The notes under the pieces: model-generated
Databases searched by the model: none
What the model was told of the DNA's origin: nothing
What the model saw: only the letters and a program-made list of their open reading frames with translations
Translations under genes and position numbers: made by a program
In this document: positions 1 to 9,756 of the stretch, piece after piece
Position numbering within the stretch: the stretch's first letter is position 1
Layout: the number at the start of each line of letters is the position of its first letter
Source of the DNA: Methylococcaceae bacterium
GTDB taxonomy: Bacteria; Pseudomonadota; Gammaproteobacteria; Methylococcales; Methylomonadaceae
DNA: 64,000 nucleotides
Reading direction: 5' to 3'
NCBI GenBank assembly: GCA_024636875.1
Contig: JAGXGJ010000094.1
Coordinates: 700 to 64,699, forward strand

Positions 1-518
<518 letters not shown>

Positions 519-547
519 TTATTTTGCTTTTCTCGTAATATGTTAAT

Positions 548-1585
548 ATGACAGCCTTAGATTTTTTGATTACTGTTATGACCGAGCCATCCAATCCTGG
601 TCAATTAATCGACCGTTTCGGAAGAACCGTCGATTATTTGAGAATTTCTATCACTGATCGTTGTGATTTTCGATGCGTGTACTGCATGGCGGAAGAAATG
701 ACATTCTTGCCGCGTGCGCAGGTTCTGACGCTGGAAGAGATTTATACTGTAGCGAAAGCGTTTGCTGAGCTCGGTGTCAAAAAAATCAGGGTGACAGGCG
801 GCGAACCCCTGGTCAGAAAAGATGCATTAAGTTTGCTGGAAAACATAGGCCGAATTGAAAGCCTGAATGAACTGGTAATAACCACGAATGGCTCCCAACT
901 CGCTACCATGGCTGCTTCCTTAAAAGCGGCCGGCGTAAAACGCATCAATATCAGCCTGGATACACTGGATGCCGATAAATTTAGAGCGATCACCCGAACC
1001 GGTGACTTGCACCAGGTACTTAACGGGATCAGGACAGCTGAATCGGTCGGTTTTGAGCGGATAAAAATTAATGCCGTTATACTTAAAGACAGAAATCATG
1101 AGGAAGTCAACGAACTGGTACAGTTCGCAGTTGATCATGGCATTGACATCAGTTTTATCGAGGAAATGCCGCTGGGCATAGTCGGCCAGCATGACCGGTC
1201 AGAAGCCTATTATTCCAGCGACTTGATCAAAAACGATTTGGCGCGGAATTTTTCTTTGCTCGCAACGATTGAAAAAACCGGCGGTCCTTCAAATTATTAT
1301 AAGGTTGCTGGCACTCAATCCCGCGTCGGTTTTATTTCTCCGCACAGTGAAAACTTTTGCGGCACCTGCAACCGTGTGCGCCTGACCGTTGAAGGGCGGC
1401 TACTGTTATGTCTGGGCAATGAGCATTCTGTCGATCTGAAAAAAGTGCTTAGAGCCAATCCGGGAAATACCGCTATTCTCAAGCAAGCCATTATCGATGC
1501 AATGCTGATTAAGCCTGAAAAACATGAATTTAATATCCATGAGCAGCCGGTCATATTACGCTATATGAATATGACCGGGGGTTAA
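548..1585 (+). CDS. moaA: GTP 3',8-cyclase (molybdenum cofactor biosynthesis protein A)
   Basis: Radical-SAM CxxxCxxC motif (CDFRCVYC) and full-length MoaA-like sequence (GGEPL, C-terminal CGTCNRVRLT cluster). The in-frame ATG at 578 (MTEPSNPG) is an equally plausible start. Confidence 0.93.
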   Translation: MTALDFLITVMTEPSNPGQLIDRFGRTVDYLRISITDRCDFRCVYCMAEEMTFLPRAQVLTLEEIYTVAKAFAELGVKKIRVTGGEPLVRKDALSLLENIGRIESLNELVITTNGSQLATMAASLKAAGVKRINISLDTLDADKFRAITRTGDLHQVLNGIRTAESVGFERIKINAVILKDRNHEEVNELVQFAVDHGIDISFIEEMPLGIVGQHDRSEAYYSSDLIKNDLARNFSLLATIEKTGGPSNYYKVAGTQSRVGFISPHSENFCGTCNRVRLTVEGRLLLCLGNEHSVDLKKVLRANPGNTAILKQAIIDAMLIKPEKHEFNIHEQPVILRYMNMTGG

Positions 1586-1637
1586 GAGTATTAAGGTAAC
1601 TCACAAAAAATACCAAAAAGCTCCAGTTAAACCGTAA

Positions 1638-1937
1638 TCATAATTTTGATTTTTGCTTGCGCTCATAAGCAGCGAGTTGTTCGGCTGTCGCCTCGCTTTG
1701 AAATTTATCCTTCCATTCTTGATATGGCATACCGTAAATCGCTTCTCTGGCCTGTTCATAATCCATCTCAACTCCGCGCTCTACCGCCGCCGCTGTATAC
1801 CACTTGGCCAGGCAGTTTCTGCAAAAATCCGCCAGAATCATTAGATCGATATTTTGCACCTCGGTATGCTGCTGCAAGTGACTGACTAGCAGCCTGAATG
1901 CCGCCGCCTCTAATTCTGTCTGTATATTTTTATCCAT
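1638..1937 (-). CDS. DUF1244-family small protein
   Basis: The 99-aa ORF (..ILADFCRNCLAKWY..YGMPYQEWK..) resembles the conserved DUF1244 family. It is convergent with moaA. Confidence 0.7.
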   Translation of the reverse strand: MDKNIQTELEAAAFRLLVSHLQQHTEVQNIDLMILADFCRNCLAKWYTAAAVERGVEMDYEQAREAIYGMPYQEWKDKFQSEATAEQLAAYERKQKSKL

Positions 1938-2096
1938 AGCTATTCTCCAAAATGAAGACTATTCTAGCAGATACAAGCATGCAAACATGTACATTCGTTA
2001 GTAAAGATTCTACAATATTACCTTTTCAAGTTTGCCATGGAAGACAACGCACTTATGATAATTCAGATCACCGTTTGACCACTCCCGCTTGCTACT

Positions 2097-2633
2097 ATGA
2101 AACAGCTTATTGAGTTTTTCCCGATTATTTTATTTTTTGTCGCCTATAAGCTATATGATATTTACATTGCGACTGCCGTTATTATTGTGGCTACTGTTAT
2201 TCAGGTAGCTTATACCTGGTTTAAACACCGCAAAGTCGAAACCATGCAATGGATTACGCTGGCATTGATTGTTGTATTCGGAGGAGCAACCATTTATTTG
2301 CATGATGAGCAATACCTTAAATGGAAATTTTCCATTATAGAATGGTTATTTGGGGCCGCTTTTTTAAGCAGCCACTTTATTGGCAAAAAAACTTTTATTG
2401 AGAGGATGATGTCCGGCAACCTGACCTTGCCCTCACTGATCTGGAAACGCCTGAATTTCAGCTGGGCCAGCTTTTTTATCAGCTTGGGTTTTCTCAATGT
2501 TTATGTCATGTACAATTACAATACCGATGACTGGGTTAACTTTAAAACATTTGTGGCGCCGGGTTTGATGGTTATTTTTATGGTTGTGCAAATGCTTTTT
2601 TTATACAAATATATCCCGGAAACAGAGGAATAA
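2097..2633 (+). CDS. yciB: Intracellular septation protein A (YciB/IspZ)
   Basis: 178-aa polytopic membrane protein with the typical YciB N-terminus (MKQLIEFFPIILFFVAYKLYDIY). It is followed by yciI, as in many proteobacteria. Confidence 0.88.
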   Translation: MKQLIEFFPIILFFVAYKLYDIYIATAVIIVATVIQVAYTWFKHRKVETMQWITLALIVVFGGATIYLHDEQYLKWKFSIIEWLFGAAFLSSHFIGKKTFIERMMSGNLTLPSLIWKRLNFSWASFFISLGFLNVYVMYNYNTDDWVNFKTFVAPGLMVIFMVVQMLFLYKYIPETEE

Positions 2634-2939
2634 ATGGCTTTATACGCAATTATCAGTGAAGATGTAGAAGATAGCCTGGAAAAAAGAATGTCTGCCCGCC
2701 CTGCCCACATTAATCGGCTGCAAGCGCTTCAAGACGCCGGACTCCTGGTGTTAGCCGGCCCGCACCCAGCAGTTGATAGTGACAATCCAGGTGAGGCGGG
2801 TTTTACGGGCAGCCTGGTCGTTGCCGAGTTTAATGATCTGGAAGCTGCCCAACAATGGGCTGATAGCGATCCCTACAACAAAGCCGGCGTTTACGCCAAG
2901 GTTACCGTTAAACCTTTCAAAAAGGTATTTCCACAATGA
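2634..2939 (+). CDS. YciI-family protein
   Basis: 101-aa ORF with YciI-like sequence (RPAHINRL...DPY..AGVY). Its start abuts the yciB stop. Confidence 0.8.
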   Translation: MALYAIISEDVEDSLEKRMSARPAHINRLQALQDAGLLVLAGPHPAVDSDNPGEAGFTGSLVVAEFNDLEAAQQWADSDPYNKAGVYAKVTVKPFKKVFPQ

Positions 2940-3202
2940 CATCCGAAACAATTAAACGCTTGTTAAATGATGCTTTTAAACCTGAGCTATTAGAAATTAT
3001 TGATAATAGCGCAGCTCATGCCGGACATGCCGGCGCAAGAAGCGGCGGAGGCCATTATCATATCACTATTGTCGCTGACGCTTTTGAAGGAAAATCGTTA
3101 GTTCAGCGCCACCAGCTTGTCTATAAAGCGCTGGGCGACATGATGAAACAACAGATTCATGCCTTAGGCATCAATGCTCTATCCCCCTCTGAAAAACCAT
3201 AG
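2936..3202 (+). CDS. BolA-family protein
   Basis: 88-aa ORF with a BolA-like core ([31 protein letters not shown]). It overlaps the upstream gene by ATGA. Confidence 0.85.
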   Translation: MTSETIKRLLNDAFKPELLEIIDNSAAHAGHAGARSGGGHYHITIVADAFEGKSLVQRHQLVYKALGDMMKQQIHALGINALSPSEKP

Positions 3203-3212
3203 GAATTAATAA

Positions 3213-4265
3213 ATGAAAAAACAAATCATCCCCCTGCTTGTTGCAGTTACGGCACTGCTTGCTGCTTGTGACCAAAAAACCAGTACTCCGACTGTTGAAA
3301 AGGCTGATGCTGTTGCTGTCGTAAATGGCCACTATATTTCCAAAGCCACCCTGGAGCAGCTGGAAAAAGAAATCGCCGAGCGCGGTCATGGTCAAACTTT
3401 CCCTAAAGAAAAATTGATTGAAGAGCTGGTCCAACGTGAACTGCTGGTTCAGGACGCCATGCAAAAGCAATTGGATAAATCGCCTGAAGTCATAGCCCAG
3501 CTCGACAGCGCAAAAAAAACCTTATTGACACAAGCTGCTGTCCAGGATTACATAAAAGCTAATCCTGTTACCGACGCTGAAATCAAAGCTGAATATGACA
3601 GTAAAGTCGCCGGTGAAAACGGGACTGAATATAAAGCCCGCCACATTTTGGTTAAAACTGAAGCTGAAGCCAAAAAACTCATCGCAGATTTAGATAAAGG
3701 TGCGGATTTTGCCAAATTAGCCAACAAGCACTCATTAGACGCCAAAGAGTCTCAAAATGGTGGTGATTTAGGCTGGTTTGCTGCCGGTCAAATGGTCGCA
3801 CCTTTCTCCGAAGCAGTCGCAAAACTGGAAAATGGTAAATACACTAAAACACCTGTGCAAACCCAGTTTGGCTGGCATGTCATCTTGAGAGAAGATTCCC
3901 GCGCGCAAACTCCGCCTCCACTGGAATCGGTCAAAGAGCAACTGATGCCTTACCTGCAGCGTAAAAAGGTCCAGAATATGGTAGAAACGTTGCGCAAACA
4001 GGCAAAAGTAGAAATATTGGTACCACTAACAGAAGAGCCGCCAAAAGCACCCGCTGATGCAGAAAAAGCACCGGCTGAAGCACCCGCAGCAGATAAAGCC
4101 GCTGAAACTGCTGAAACTGTAGAAAAAACAGCTGAGGAAGCAGCCGATAAAGTAGAGGAAACTGCTAAAGACGCTGAAAAAACGGTTGAAAAAGCAGCAA
4201 CAAAAGCAGCCGATAAAGTGGAAGATGCCGCCGAAAAAGCAAAATCTTCTGAACCCAAAAAATAG
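3213..4265 (+). CDS. Parvulin-type peptidyl-prolyl isomerase lipoprotein with Ala/Glu/Lys-rich C-terminal tail
   Basis: Lipobox LLAAC at the N-terminus. PpiC/parvulin domain present (YKARHILVK...GGDLGWF...FGWHVILRED). The last 77 residues (4032..4262) are low-complexity. Confidence 0.85.
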   Translation: MKKQIIPLLVAVTALLAACDQKTSTPTVEKADAVAVVNGHYISKATLEQLEKEIAERGHGQTFPKEKLIEELVQRELLVQDAMQKQLDKSPEVIAQLDSAKKTLLTQAAVQDYIKANPVTDAEIKAEYDSKVAGENGTEYKARHILVKTEAEAKKLIADLDKGADFAKLANKHSLDAKESQNGGDLGWFAAGQMVAPFSEAVAKLENGKYTKTPVQTQFGWHVILREDSRAQTPPPLESVKEQLMPYLQRKKVQNMVETLRKQAKVEILVPLTEEPPKAPADAEKAPAEAPAADKAAETAETVEKTAEEAADKVEETAKDAEKTVEKAATKAADKVEDAAEKAKSSEPKK

Positions 4266-4280
4266 CTCTTTTTAGTGTGC

Positions 4281-4312
4281 AAAAAGGGTGGCAACCTTGC
4301 CGCCCTTTTTTT
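4281..4312. terminator. Bidirectional intrinsic terminator between the PPIase gene and recJ
   Basis: The sequence aaaaaGGGTGGCaaccttGCCGCCCttttttt forms a GC-rich stem flanked by an A-run and a T-run, so it can terminate both convergent genes. Confidence 0.7.
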
Positions 4313-6074
4313 ATGTTATTTTTTCCAGGTACTGCAAAATAAACTGTACACTCCGGTTGCCCCTGAACTCATTAATATCCAGTTTGTATGCCGCCCTGAT
4401 TTGTCTCAGCCCCAACCAAAGCTCCGGTTGATCGACAAAAAAAGCGATGGCGTCGATAACCAGATCACCACCCGGTTTTCTCAAGACTAATTTAAGATGC
4501 CGCTGTCCAACAATACGCGACTGAATCACATCAAATACCCCGTCAAAAACAGGTTCCGGAAATTCCTGCCCCCAGGTAGCAGCATTTTGTAATAAATCGG
4601 CGATTTCAAGCGTCATTTCCTGTTCAGTCAATTCGCCGTCAGAAAGTATTTTTTGTTCCAGGTCCACATCAGCCAGACGTTTACTGACCATATCATCAAA
4701 AGCCAGGGCAAATGGCGGAAAATCGTGCATTTTCAGACTCAAGCCTGCCGCCATGGCATGACCGCCAAATTTGCTCAGCAATTTTGGGTGCAATGCGGCA
4801 ATATCGCTCAACACATCACGAATATGCACCCCTGCGATAGAGCGCGCCGAGCCTTTTATTAAATCCTTGCCCGCAGGGGCGAAAGCAATAACGGGGCGAT
4901 GCAAGCGGTCTTTTATACGCGACGCCAGAATTCCTATGACACCTTGATGCCAGTTGGCATCAAATAAACAGACACCGGCAGGTAAATGGTGTTCATCCAG
5001 CGCCTTCATTTCACTCAACAACGCCATTGCCTCATGTTTCATGACGCCTTCAACCTCCCGCCTGTCATTATTCAACTCATCAAGCTGAACAGCCATGTCC
5101 TTTGCCAGCGCCGGATCATCAGTCAATAAACACTGAATCCCCAAGGACATATCGTCCATACGCCCCGCCGCATTCAGTCTGGGGCCCAGTGCGAAGCCCA
5201 AATCCGATGCCGCAATGGTTTGAGGATTTCTCCCCGATACGTCAATCAATGCCTTCAAGCCGGGGTGACAGCGTCCTGTACATATTCTCAATAAACCCTG
5301 ATGCACAAGAACCCGGTTAGTTTGCTCCAGCGCAACCACATCAGCAACTGTACCCAGGGCGACATAATCCAGTAACTGAGCGAGATTCGGCTCCTGAAGC
5401 TGATTGCTATCAAACCAGTTCATTTCCCTTAACCGGCTTCTTAAGGCCATTAATACATAAAATATAACGCCCACACCAGCCAGTGATTTACAAGGGAATT
5501 TATCATCAGCCAGATTGGGATTTACGATGGCATCGGCTGCGGGTAGTTCATGACCCGGCAAATGATGATCGGTAATCAGAACTTTTATCCCTGCTTCTTT
5601 TGCCGCCTTTACGCCGTCAACACTGGATATGCCGTTATCAACGGTAATAATAACATCCGGGTTTTGCAGCTTAACCAGCTCGACGATTTCAGGGGTCAAG
5701 CCATAACCGTATTCAAAGCGATTGGGAACAACGAATAATACCTGCCCTGCCCCCATTAACTGCAAACCCTTGATAGCCACTGCGCAACTGGTTGCCCCAT
5801 CGGCATCAAAGTCGGCAACAATGGAAATTCGTTGTTGCTTATTGATGGCAGAGATCAAATGAACAACCATCTCATCCATACCCGATAATAACCACGGAGA
5901 GGGCAATTTTGACAAGGTCCTGTCCAGCTCTGCTTCTGAAGTGACGCCTCTGGCTAAAAACAGTCGCTTTAACAGTGGATGAATATTACCCAAACAAGAA
6001 GGTTTTTTTTCAACAGAACGAACGACTATGGTTTTTTTTACGCCTTGATAATACATAATACATAAAGTGCCCAA
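4311..6074 (-). CDS. recJ: Single-stranded-DNA-specific exonuclease RecJ
   Basis: DHH and DHHA1 motifs present (VADFDADGATS, TVDNGISS, ITDHHLP, GGHAMAAG). Comparison with the E. coli RecJ N-terminus favours the internal ATG at 6056 (MYYQGVKKTIVVRS) as the true start. Confidence 0.93.
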   Translation of the reverse strand: MGTLCIMYYQGVKKTIVVRSVEKKPSCLGNIHPLLKRLFLARGVTSEAELDRTLSKLPSPWLLSGMDEMVVHLISAINKQQRISIVADFDADGATSCAVAIKGLQLMGAGQVLFVVPNRFEYGYGLTPEIVELVKLQNPDVIITVDNGISSVDGVKAAKEAGIKVLITDHHLPGHELPAADAIVNPNLADDKFPCKSLAGVGVIFYVLMALRSRLREMNWFDSNQLQEPNLAQLLDYVALGTVADVVALEQTNRVLVHQGLLRICTGRCHPGLKALIDVSGRNPQTIAASDLGFALGPRLNAAGRMDDMSLGIQCLLTDDPALAKDMAVQLDELNNDRREVEGVMKHEAMALLSEMKALDEHHLPAGVCLFDANWHQGVIGILASRIKDRLHRPVIAFAPAGKDLIKGSARSIAGVHIRDVLSDIAALHPKLLSKFGGHAMAAGLSLKMHDFPPFALAFDDMVSKRLADVDLEQKILSDGELTEQEMTLEIADLLQNAATWGQEFPEPVFDGVFDVIQSRIVGQRHLKLVLRKPGGDLVIDAIAFFVDQPELWLGLRQIRAAYKLDINEFRGNRSVQFILQYLEKIT

Positions 6075-6075
6075 T

Positions 6076-6100
6076 AAAAAAGCCGGTTTTTGCCGGCTTT
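6076..6100 (-). terminator. Terminator-like hairpin immediately 5' of recJ
   Basis: On the minus strand, AGCCGGcaaaaaCCGGCT is followed by TTTTTTATT. The hairpin lies about 200 nt downstream of mazG but only about 20 nt upstream of the likely recJ start. Confidence 0.4.
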
Positions 6101-6299
6101 ACATCAAATGCTTACGAATTTTATACTGTTTTTCACATTAAAATTCGTCTATAAATCTCCTGTCCAAAGCCCTCTCGGCACCCGCTCCCCGCGTTGCTCA
6201 ACCTCCTGCATCCGTCCAGCAGGAGAGGGAATGAAAATGCTGAATTTTGATGTGTGATCAATAACCATGCAGCAAGCACAAAAAAATCTGTCTATCCTA

Positions 6300-7103
6300 T
6301 TATTTCGGATTTTTCAAAACCGTTTTCGCCTCATGCCAGAATGCATCCAGCTCCTTTAATTCGCAGTCTTTTAAGCGCCGCCCAGACGCTTCTACCTGCT
6401 GCTCGATGTAGTGGAAACGCCTGGAGAATTTTTTAGTGCTTTCTTTAAGCGCCATTTCAGGATTGACGTTTAAATGACGAGCCAGATTAACTGCGACCAG
6501 CAGCAAATCTCCGATTTCTTCCCGGATATGCGCCTGATCTCCGGATGTCCATGCCTCCTTGACTTCATCCAGTTCTTCCTGGACCTTTGCAAAAACCGGC
6601 GGGACGTCCGGCCAATCAAAACCGTGTTGTGCAGCCCGATCCTGAATTTTTTCACATTCCATTAACGCTGGAAGACTGCCCGCAACACCTGATAAAACAC
6701 TGCTCTGCGCAACAGCTTTATTTTTTTCCTGGCGCTCGGCGGCTTTGGCCTGCTCCCAGGCTTGATGGCGTTCTTCATCGCTGTCAAACACCGCATCGGC
6801 AAAAACATGCGGATGCCGGCGGATCAACTTTTCAGCAATGGCTGCCGAAACCTGATCAAAGTTAAACAGCCCACGCTCTTCGGCAATCCGGGAATGAAAA
6901 ACCACTTGCAACAGCAAATCGCCTAACTCCGAGCGCAAATCATCCAGATCATTACGCTCAATCGCATCGACGACTTCGTAGGCTTCTTCAATCAAATAAG
7001 GAATCAGGCTGGTGAAATCCTGCTTAAGATCCCACGCGCACCCGTCCTCCGGGCGGCGCAGGCGAGCCATCAGGTCTAATAATTGTTGGGTATTTTTCAG
7101 CAT
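6300..7103 (-). CDS. mazG: Nucleoside triphosphate pyrophosphohydrolase MazG
   Basis: Tandem MazG domains (EEAYEVVDAI..ELGDLLLQVVFH and EELDEVKEA..EIGDLLLVAVNLARH). Confidence 0.92.
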   Translation of the reverse strand: MLKNTQQLLDLMARLRRPEDGCAWDLKQDFTSLIPYLIEEAYEVVDAIERNDLDDLRSELGDLLLQVVFHSRIAEERGLFNFDQVSAAIAEKLIRRHPHVFADAVFDSDEERHQAWEQAKAAERQEKNKAVAQSSVLSGVAGSLPALMECEKIQDRAAQHGFDWPDVPPVFAKVQEELDEVKEAWTSGDQAHIREEIGDLLLVAVNLARHLNVNPEMALKESTKKFSRRFHYIEQQVEASGRRLKDCELKELDAFWHEAKTVLKNPK

Positions 7104-8035
7104 TAAAATGAGCAGCCAAAGTTTTCGTGGTAGCGTTGTTTAAATTCGTCCATGTCAATTGAATGATTTTGGGTGCCGTGATGCTCGATTTTAATCGCGC
7201 CCATGAGTGAGGCAATTCTTCCGGTAGTTTCCCAATCCAGTTCATTCATCAGGCCGTACAAAATCCCGGCACGATAGGCGTCGCCGCAGCCGGTAGGGTC
7301 AAGCAAGGCTTCAGGTTTCGCAGAAGGAATTGTTATGCACTGCCCATTCGTGTAAATTTTCGATCCTTTACCGCCCAGGGTAATAATCAAGGCTTCCACC
7401 CGCTCCGCCATTTGTTCCAATGACAAACCGGTGCGTTCCTGCATTAACTCGGATTCATAATCATTCAAGGTCACCCAGGTGGCCTGATCGATAAATTTAA
7501 GCAATTCTGCGCCATTAAACATGGGCATACCTTGACCTGGATCAAAAATAAACGGTATATCCAGTTCTACAAACTGTTCGGCATGTAGCTGCATACCTTC
7601 TTTGCCATCGGGTGATATGATGCCTATGCTGATGTCTCTGTTGGTAGGAATCGAATTCATATGTGAGAAACTCATGGCTCCCGGATGGAACGCAGTAATC
7701 TGATTACCGTCTTCGTCAGTAGTGATATAAGCCTGACCCGTGTAATGATTATCCATAATATAAATCAATTCACCGGATAAACCATTCTGGCTCATCCATT
7801 GGCTGTAAGCTTCAAAATCATGACCTACAACTGCCATGGCTAATGCTTCTTCGCCAAGCAAATTCAAATTGTAAGCAATATTACCCGAACAACCGCCATA
7901 TTCCCGGCGCATAACCGGCACTAAAAAGGATACATTCAGGATATGAACTTTTTCCGGCAATATATGGTTTTTAAATTTATCATGAAACACCATGATGGTG
8001 TCATAAGCCATTGATCCGCATATTAATGCACTCAT
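7103..8035 (-). CDS. PfkB-family carbohydrate/nucleoside kinase
   Basis: 310-aa ORF with the PfkB signature 2 (DPTGCGDAYRAGILYGL). Its stop overlaps the mazG start by 1 nt (TAATG). Confidence 0.8.
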   Translation of the reverse strand: MSALICGSMAYDTIMVFHDKFKNHILPEKVHILNVSFLVPVMRREYGGCSGNIAYNLNLLGEEALAMAVVGHDFEAYSQWMSQNGLSGELIYIMDNHYTGQAYITTDEDGNQITAFHPGAMSFSHMNSIPTNRDISIGIISPDGKEGMQLHAEQFVELDIPFIFDPGQGMPMFNGAELLKFIDQATWVTLNDYESELMQERTGLSLEQMAERVEALIITLGGKGSKIYTNGQCITIPSAKPEALLDPTGCGDAYRAGILYGLMNELDWETTGRIASLMGAIKIEHHGTQNHSIDMDEFKQRYHENFGCSF

Positions 8036-8047
8036 CTCTATTCCTCT

Positions 8048-8407
8048 TTAAAATAAAATTAATGCCCAGGTTACTGCTGCCCAGGCCAAAGACATCATAA
8101 CGGCGGCAGAACCTATATCCTTAGCTCTGCCTGATAATTCATGATGTTCGAAACCCACCCGGTCAACCACCGCTTCTACCGCTGAATTTAATAATTCAAC
8201 CAGCAGAACTAAAACCATACTGCCGATTAACAACAGTTTTTCAATATTGGTTTCTCCCAGCCAGATTGCGAGAGGTGTTGTTATCACAAACAGAATAACT
8301 TCCTGTCTGAATGCCTCCTCGTGTTCCCAGGTTGCTTTAAATCCAGCAACAGAGAAATAACAAGCATTAACAAGGCGTTTAAAGCCTTTTGCATTTTGAT
8401 TTGCCAT
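8048..8407 (-). CDS. dgkA: Diacylglycerol kinase
   Basis: The 119-aa ORF is colinear with E. coli DgkA (EAAFRQE.., ELLNSAVEAVVDRVGFEHHELSGRAKDIGSAAV). Confidence 0.92.
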   Translation of the reverse strand: MANQNAKGFKRLVNACYFSVAGFKATWEHEEAFRQEVILFVITTPLAIWLGETNIEKLLLIGSMVLVLLVELLNSAVEAVVDRVGFEHHELSGRAKDIGSAAVMMSLAWAAVTWALILF

Positions 8408-8488
8408 TGTTTCACTATTATCCGCATTAATAAGGAGTGAATCGTATCTAATTTAAATGTTTAAAAATTCAGGTATTGAACGTTAACA

Positions 8489-8872
8489 TCATTGCTCAAT
8501 ATGCACTCGATAGGCATAAGCATCCATTAACTGATCCAAATCCGATAGATCATCTGCCTTGATACAAAAAAACCATGCCTGATAAGGCGAATTATTGACT
8601 TCCTCGGGTTCATCTGCCAATGCTACATTAACAGCAACAATTTCACCGGCAACCGGGCTGAACAGGTCTGAAGCAGTTTTAACAGATTCAACCACGGCAC
8701 ATTGCTCGCCTGCCTTTACCTTGCTCCCCAACTCAGGCATCTCAATATAAACCAGATCTCCCAACTGCTCCTGAGCAAAATCGGTTATCCCCACACGAAC
8801 TACATTATCGTCTTCCAGTTGCGCCCATTCATGCGTCTCCGCATACTTTAAATTTTCCGGTAAATCACTCAT
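8489..8872 (-). CDS. gcvH: Glycine cleavage system H protein (lipoyl carrier)
   Basis: 127-aa ORF with the lipoyl-lysine motif ESVKTASDLFSPVAGEIV. No gcvT or gcvP is adjacent. Confidence 0.9.
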   Translation of the reverse strand: MSDLPENLKYAETHEWAQLEDDNVVRVGITDFAQEQLGDLVYIEMPELGSKVKAGEQCAVVESVKTASDLFSPVAGEIVAVNVALADEPEEVNNSPYQAWFFCIKADDLSDLDQLMDAYAYRVHIEQ

Positions 8873-8942
8873 GCTAATCCCTCAAAAATAATCAGATAAG
8901 GTAACAAGATTCAAGATGCGAGAAACAAGGCGCACTTCTAAA

Positions 8943-8970
8943 CCTTGAATCTTGACCCTTGAACCCTTAG
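8943..8970. repeat. Degenerate CTTGAAC-type short tandem repeat
   Basis: The units read ccttgaat-cttgac-ccttgaac-ccttag in the gcvH/grxC divergent spacer. The segment 8944..8954 is the exact reverse complement of 8905..8915 (caagattcaag). Confidence 0.6.
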
Positions 8971-9006
8971 ACTACAGCGACATATATTAACAAACATCTT
9001 TAAAAC

Positions 9007-9264
9007 ATGCCTGAGATACTGATCTACACCACCAAAATTTGTCCCTACTGCGTTATGGCTAAACGCCTTCTCGACAAAAAAGGAGCCGCTTATACCGAAA
9101 TTAATGTGGATATTCGAGCCGGCCTGAGAGAAGAAATGATGCGCAAAACAAACCGCCGGACGGTGCCACAAATCTATATAGGCGATCTTCATGTTGGCGG
9201 CTTTGACGAATTATATACCCTGGACCAACAGAAGAAACTGGATGCTTTACTGACATTTGCTTAA
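9007..9264 (+). CDS. grxC: Glutaredoxin 3
   Basis: 85-aa ORF with the CPYC active site and the TVPQIYIGD..GGFDEL glutaredoxin core. Confidence 0.92.
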   Translation: MPEILIYTTKICPYCVMAKRLLDKKGAAYTEINVDIRAGLREEMMRKTNRRTVPQIYIGDLHVGGFDELYTLDQQKKLDALLTFA

Positions 9265-9756
9265 AACAATTGGTCTTCTGACAAACAGCATTAAAATACG
9301 ACACAGAGCTAATAGAAGAAAGTCAAGGAAAGCCACCATTTTTGTTCTACCGTTTCATCAATAAAAAGATGGCAAACGCTAAAACTGTCTTACCCCACGG
9401 CCTGCACGGATTAGCATAAACAATAACTGGCTTGGGGAGAACCTGAAGCTATTGTCTAACGAGGCTTCGCCTCAGACCAACGAGTCGTGATTTGGTCGCT
9501 TTTTTGTTACACTGTGGCTCTAGCCCTTTTGGCTAACACTTCGTGAGGATGCACATGTAATTCCTGTAATTCGGACTCAAGAACGCACATTATTTTGTAC
9601 GTTACGCTGACGCTGTTTAATCCGCCAGCGACTACTCTAGTCACTATCCGTAAGTGGTGCACCCTACAAAGTGGTTTTAAAAAAGCCCCTTTTTTGGAGA
9701 GAGGATTTTTATTGCCTAAATTTTTAAACTTGACTCATTTTTAAAGATCTTCTCAC

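Noticed and set aside
9300-9756. The long ORF-free stretch after grxC was checked for tmRNA, tRNA, RNase P, group II intron domain V or retron-like features.
   Set aside because: I found no T-arm (GGTTCGAATCC-like) motif, no tag-peptide reading frame and no intron domain V consensus, and there is no reverse transcriptase nearby. Only weak hairpins are present, such as gaccaa-N10-ttggtc followed by a T-run at about 9474..9503. It remains unexplained but I cannot assign it.
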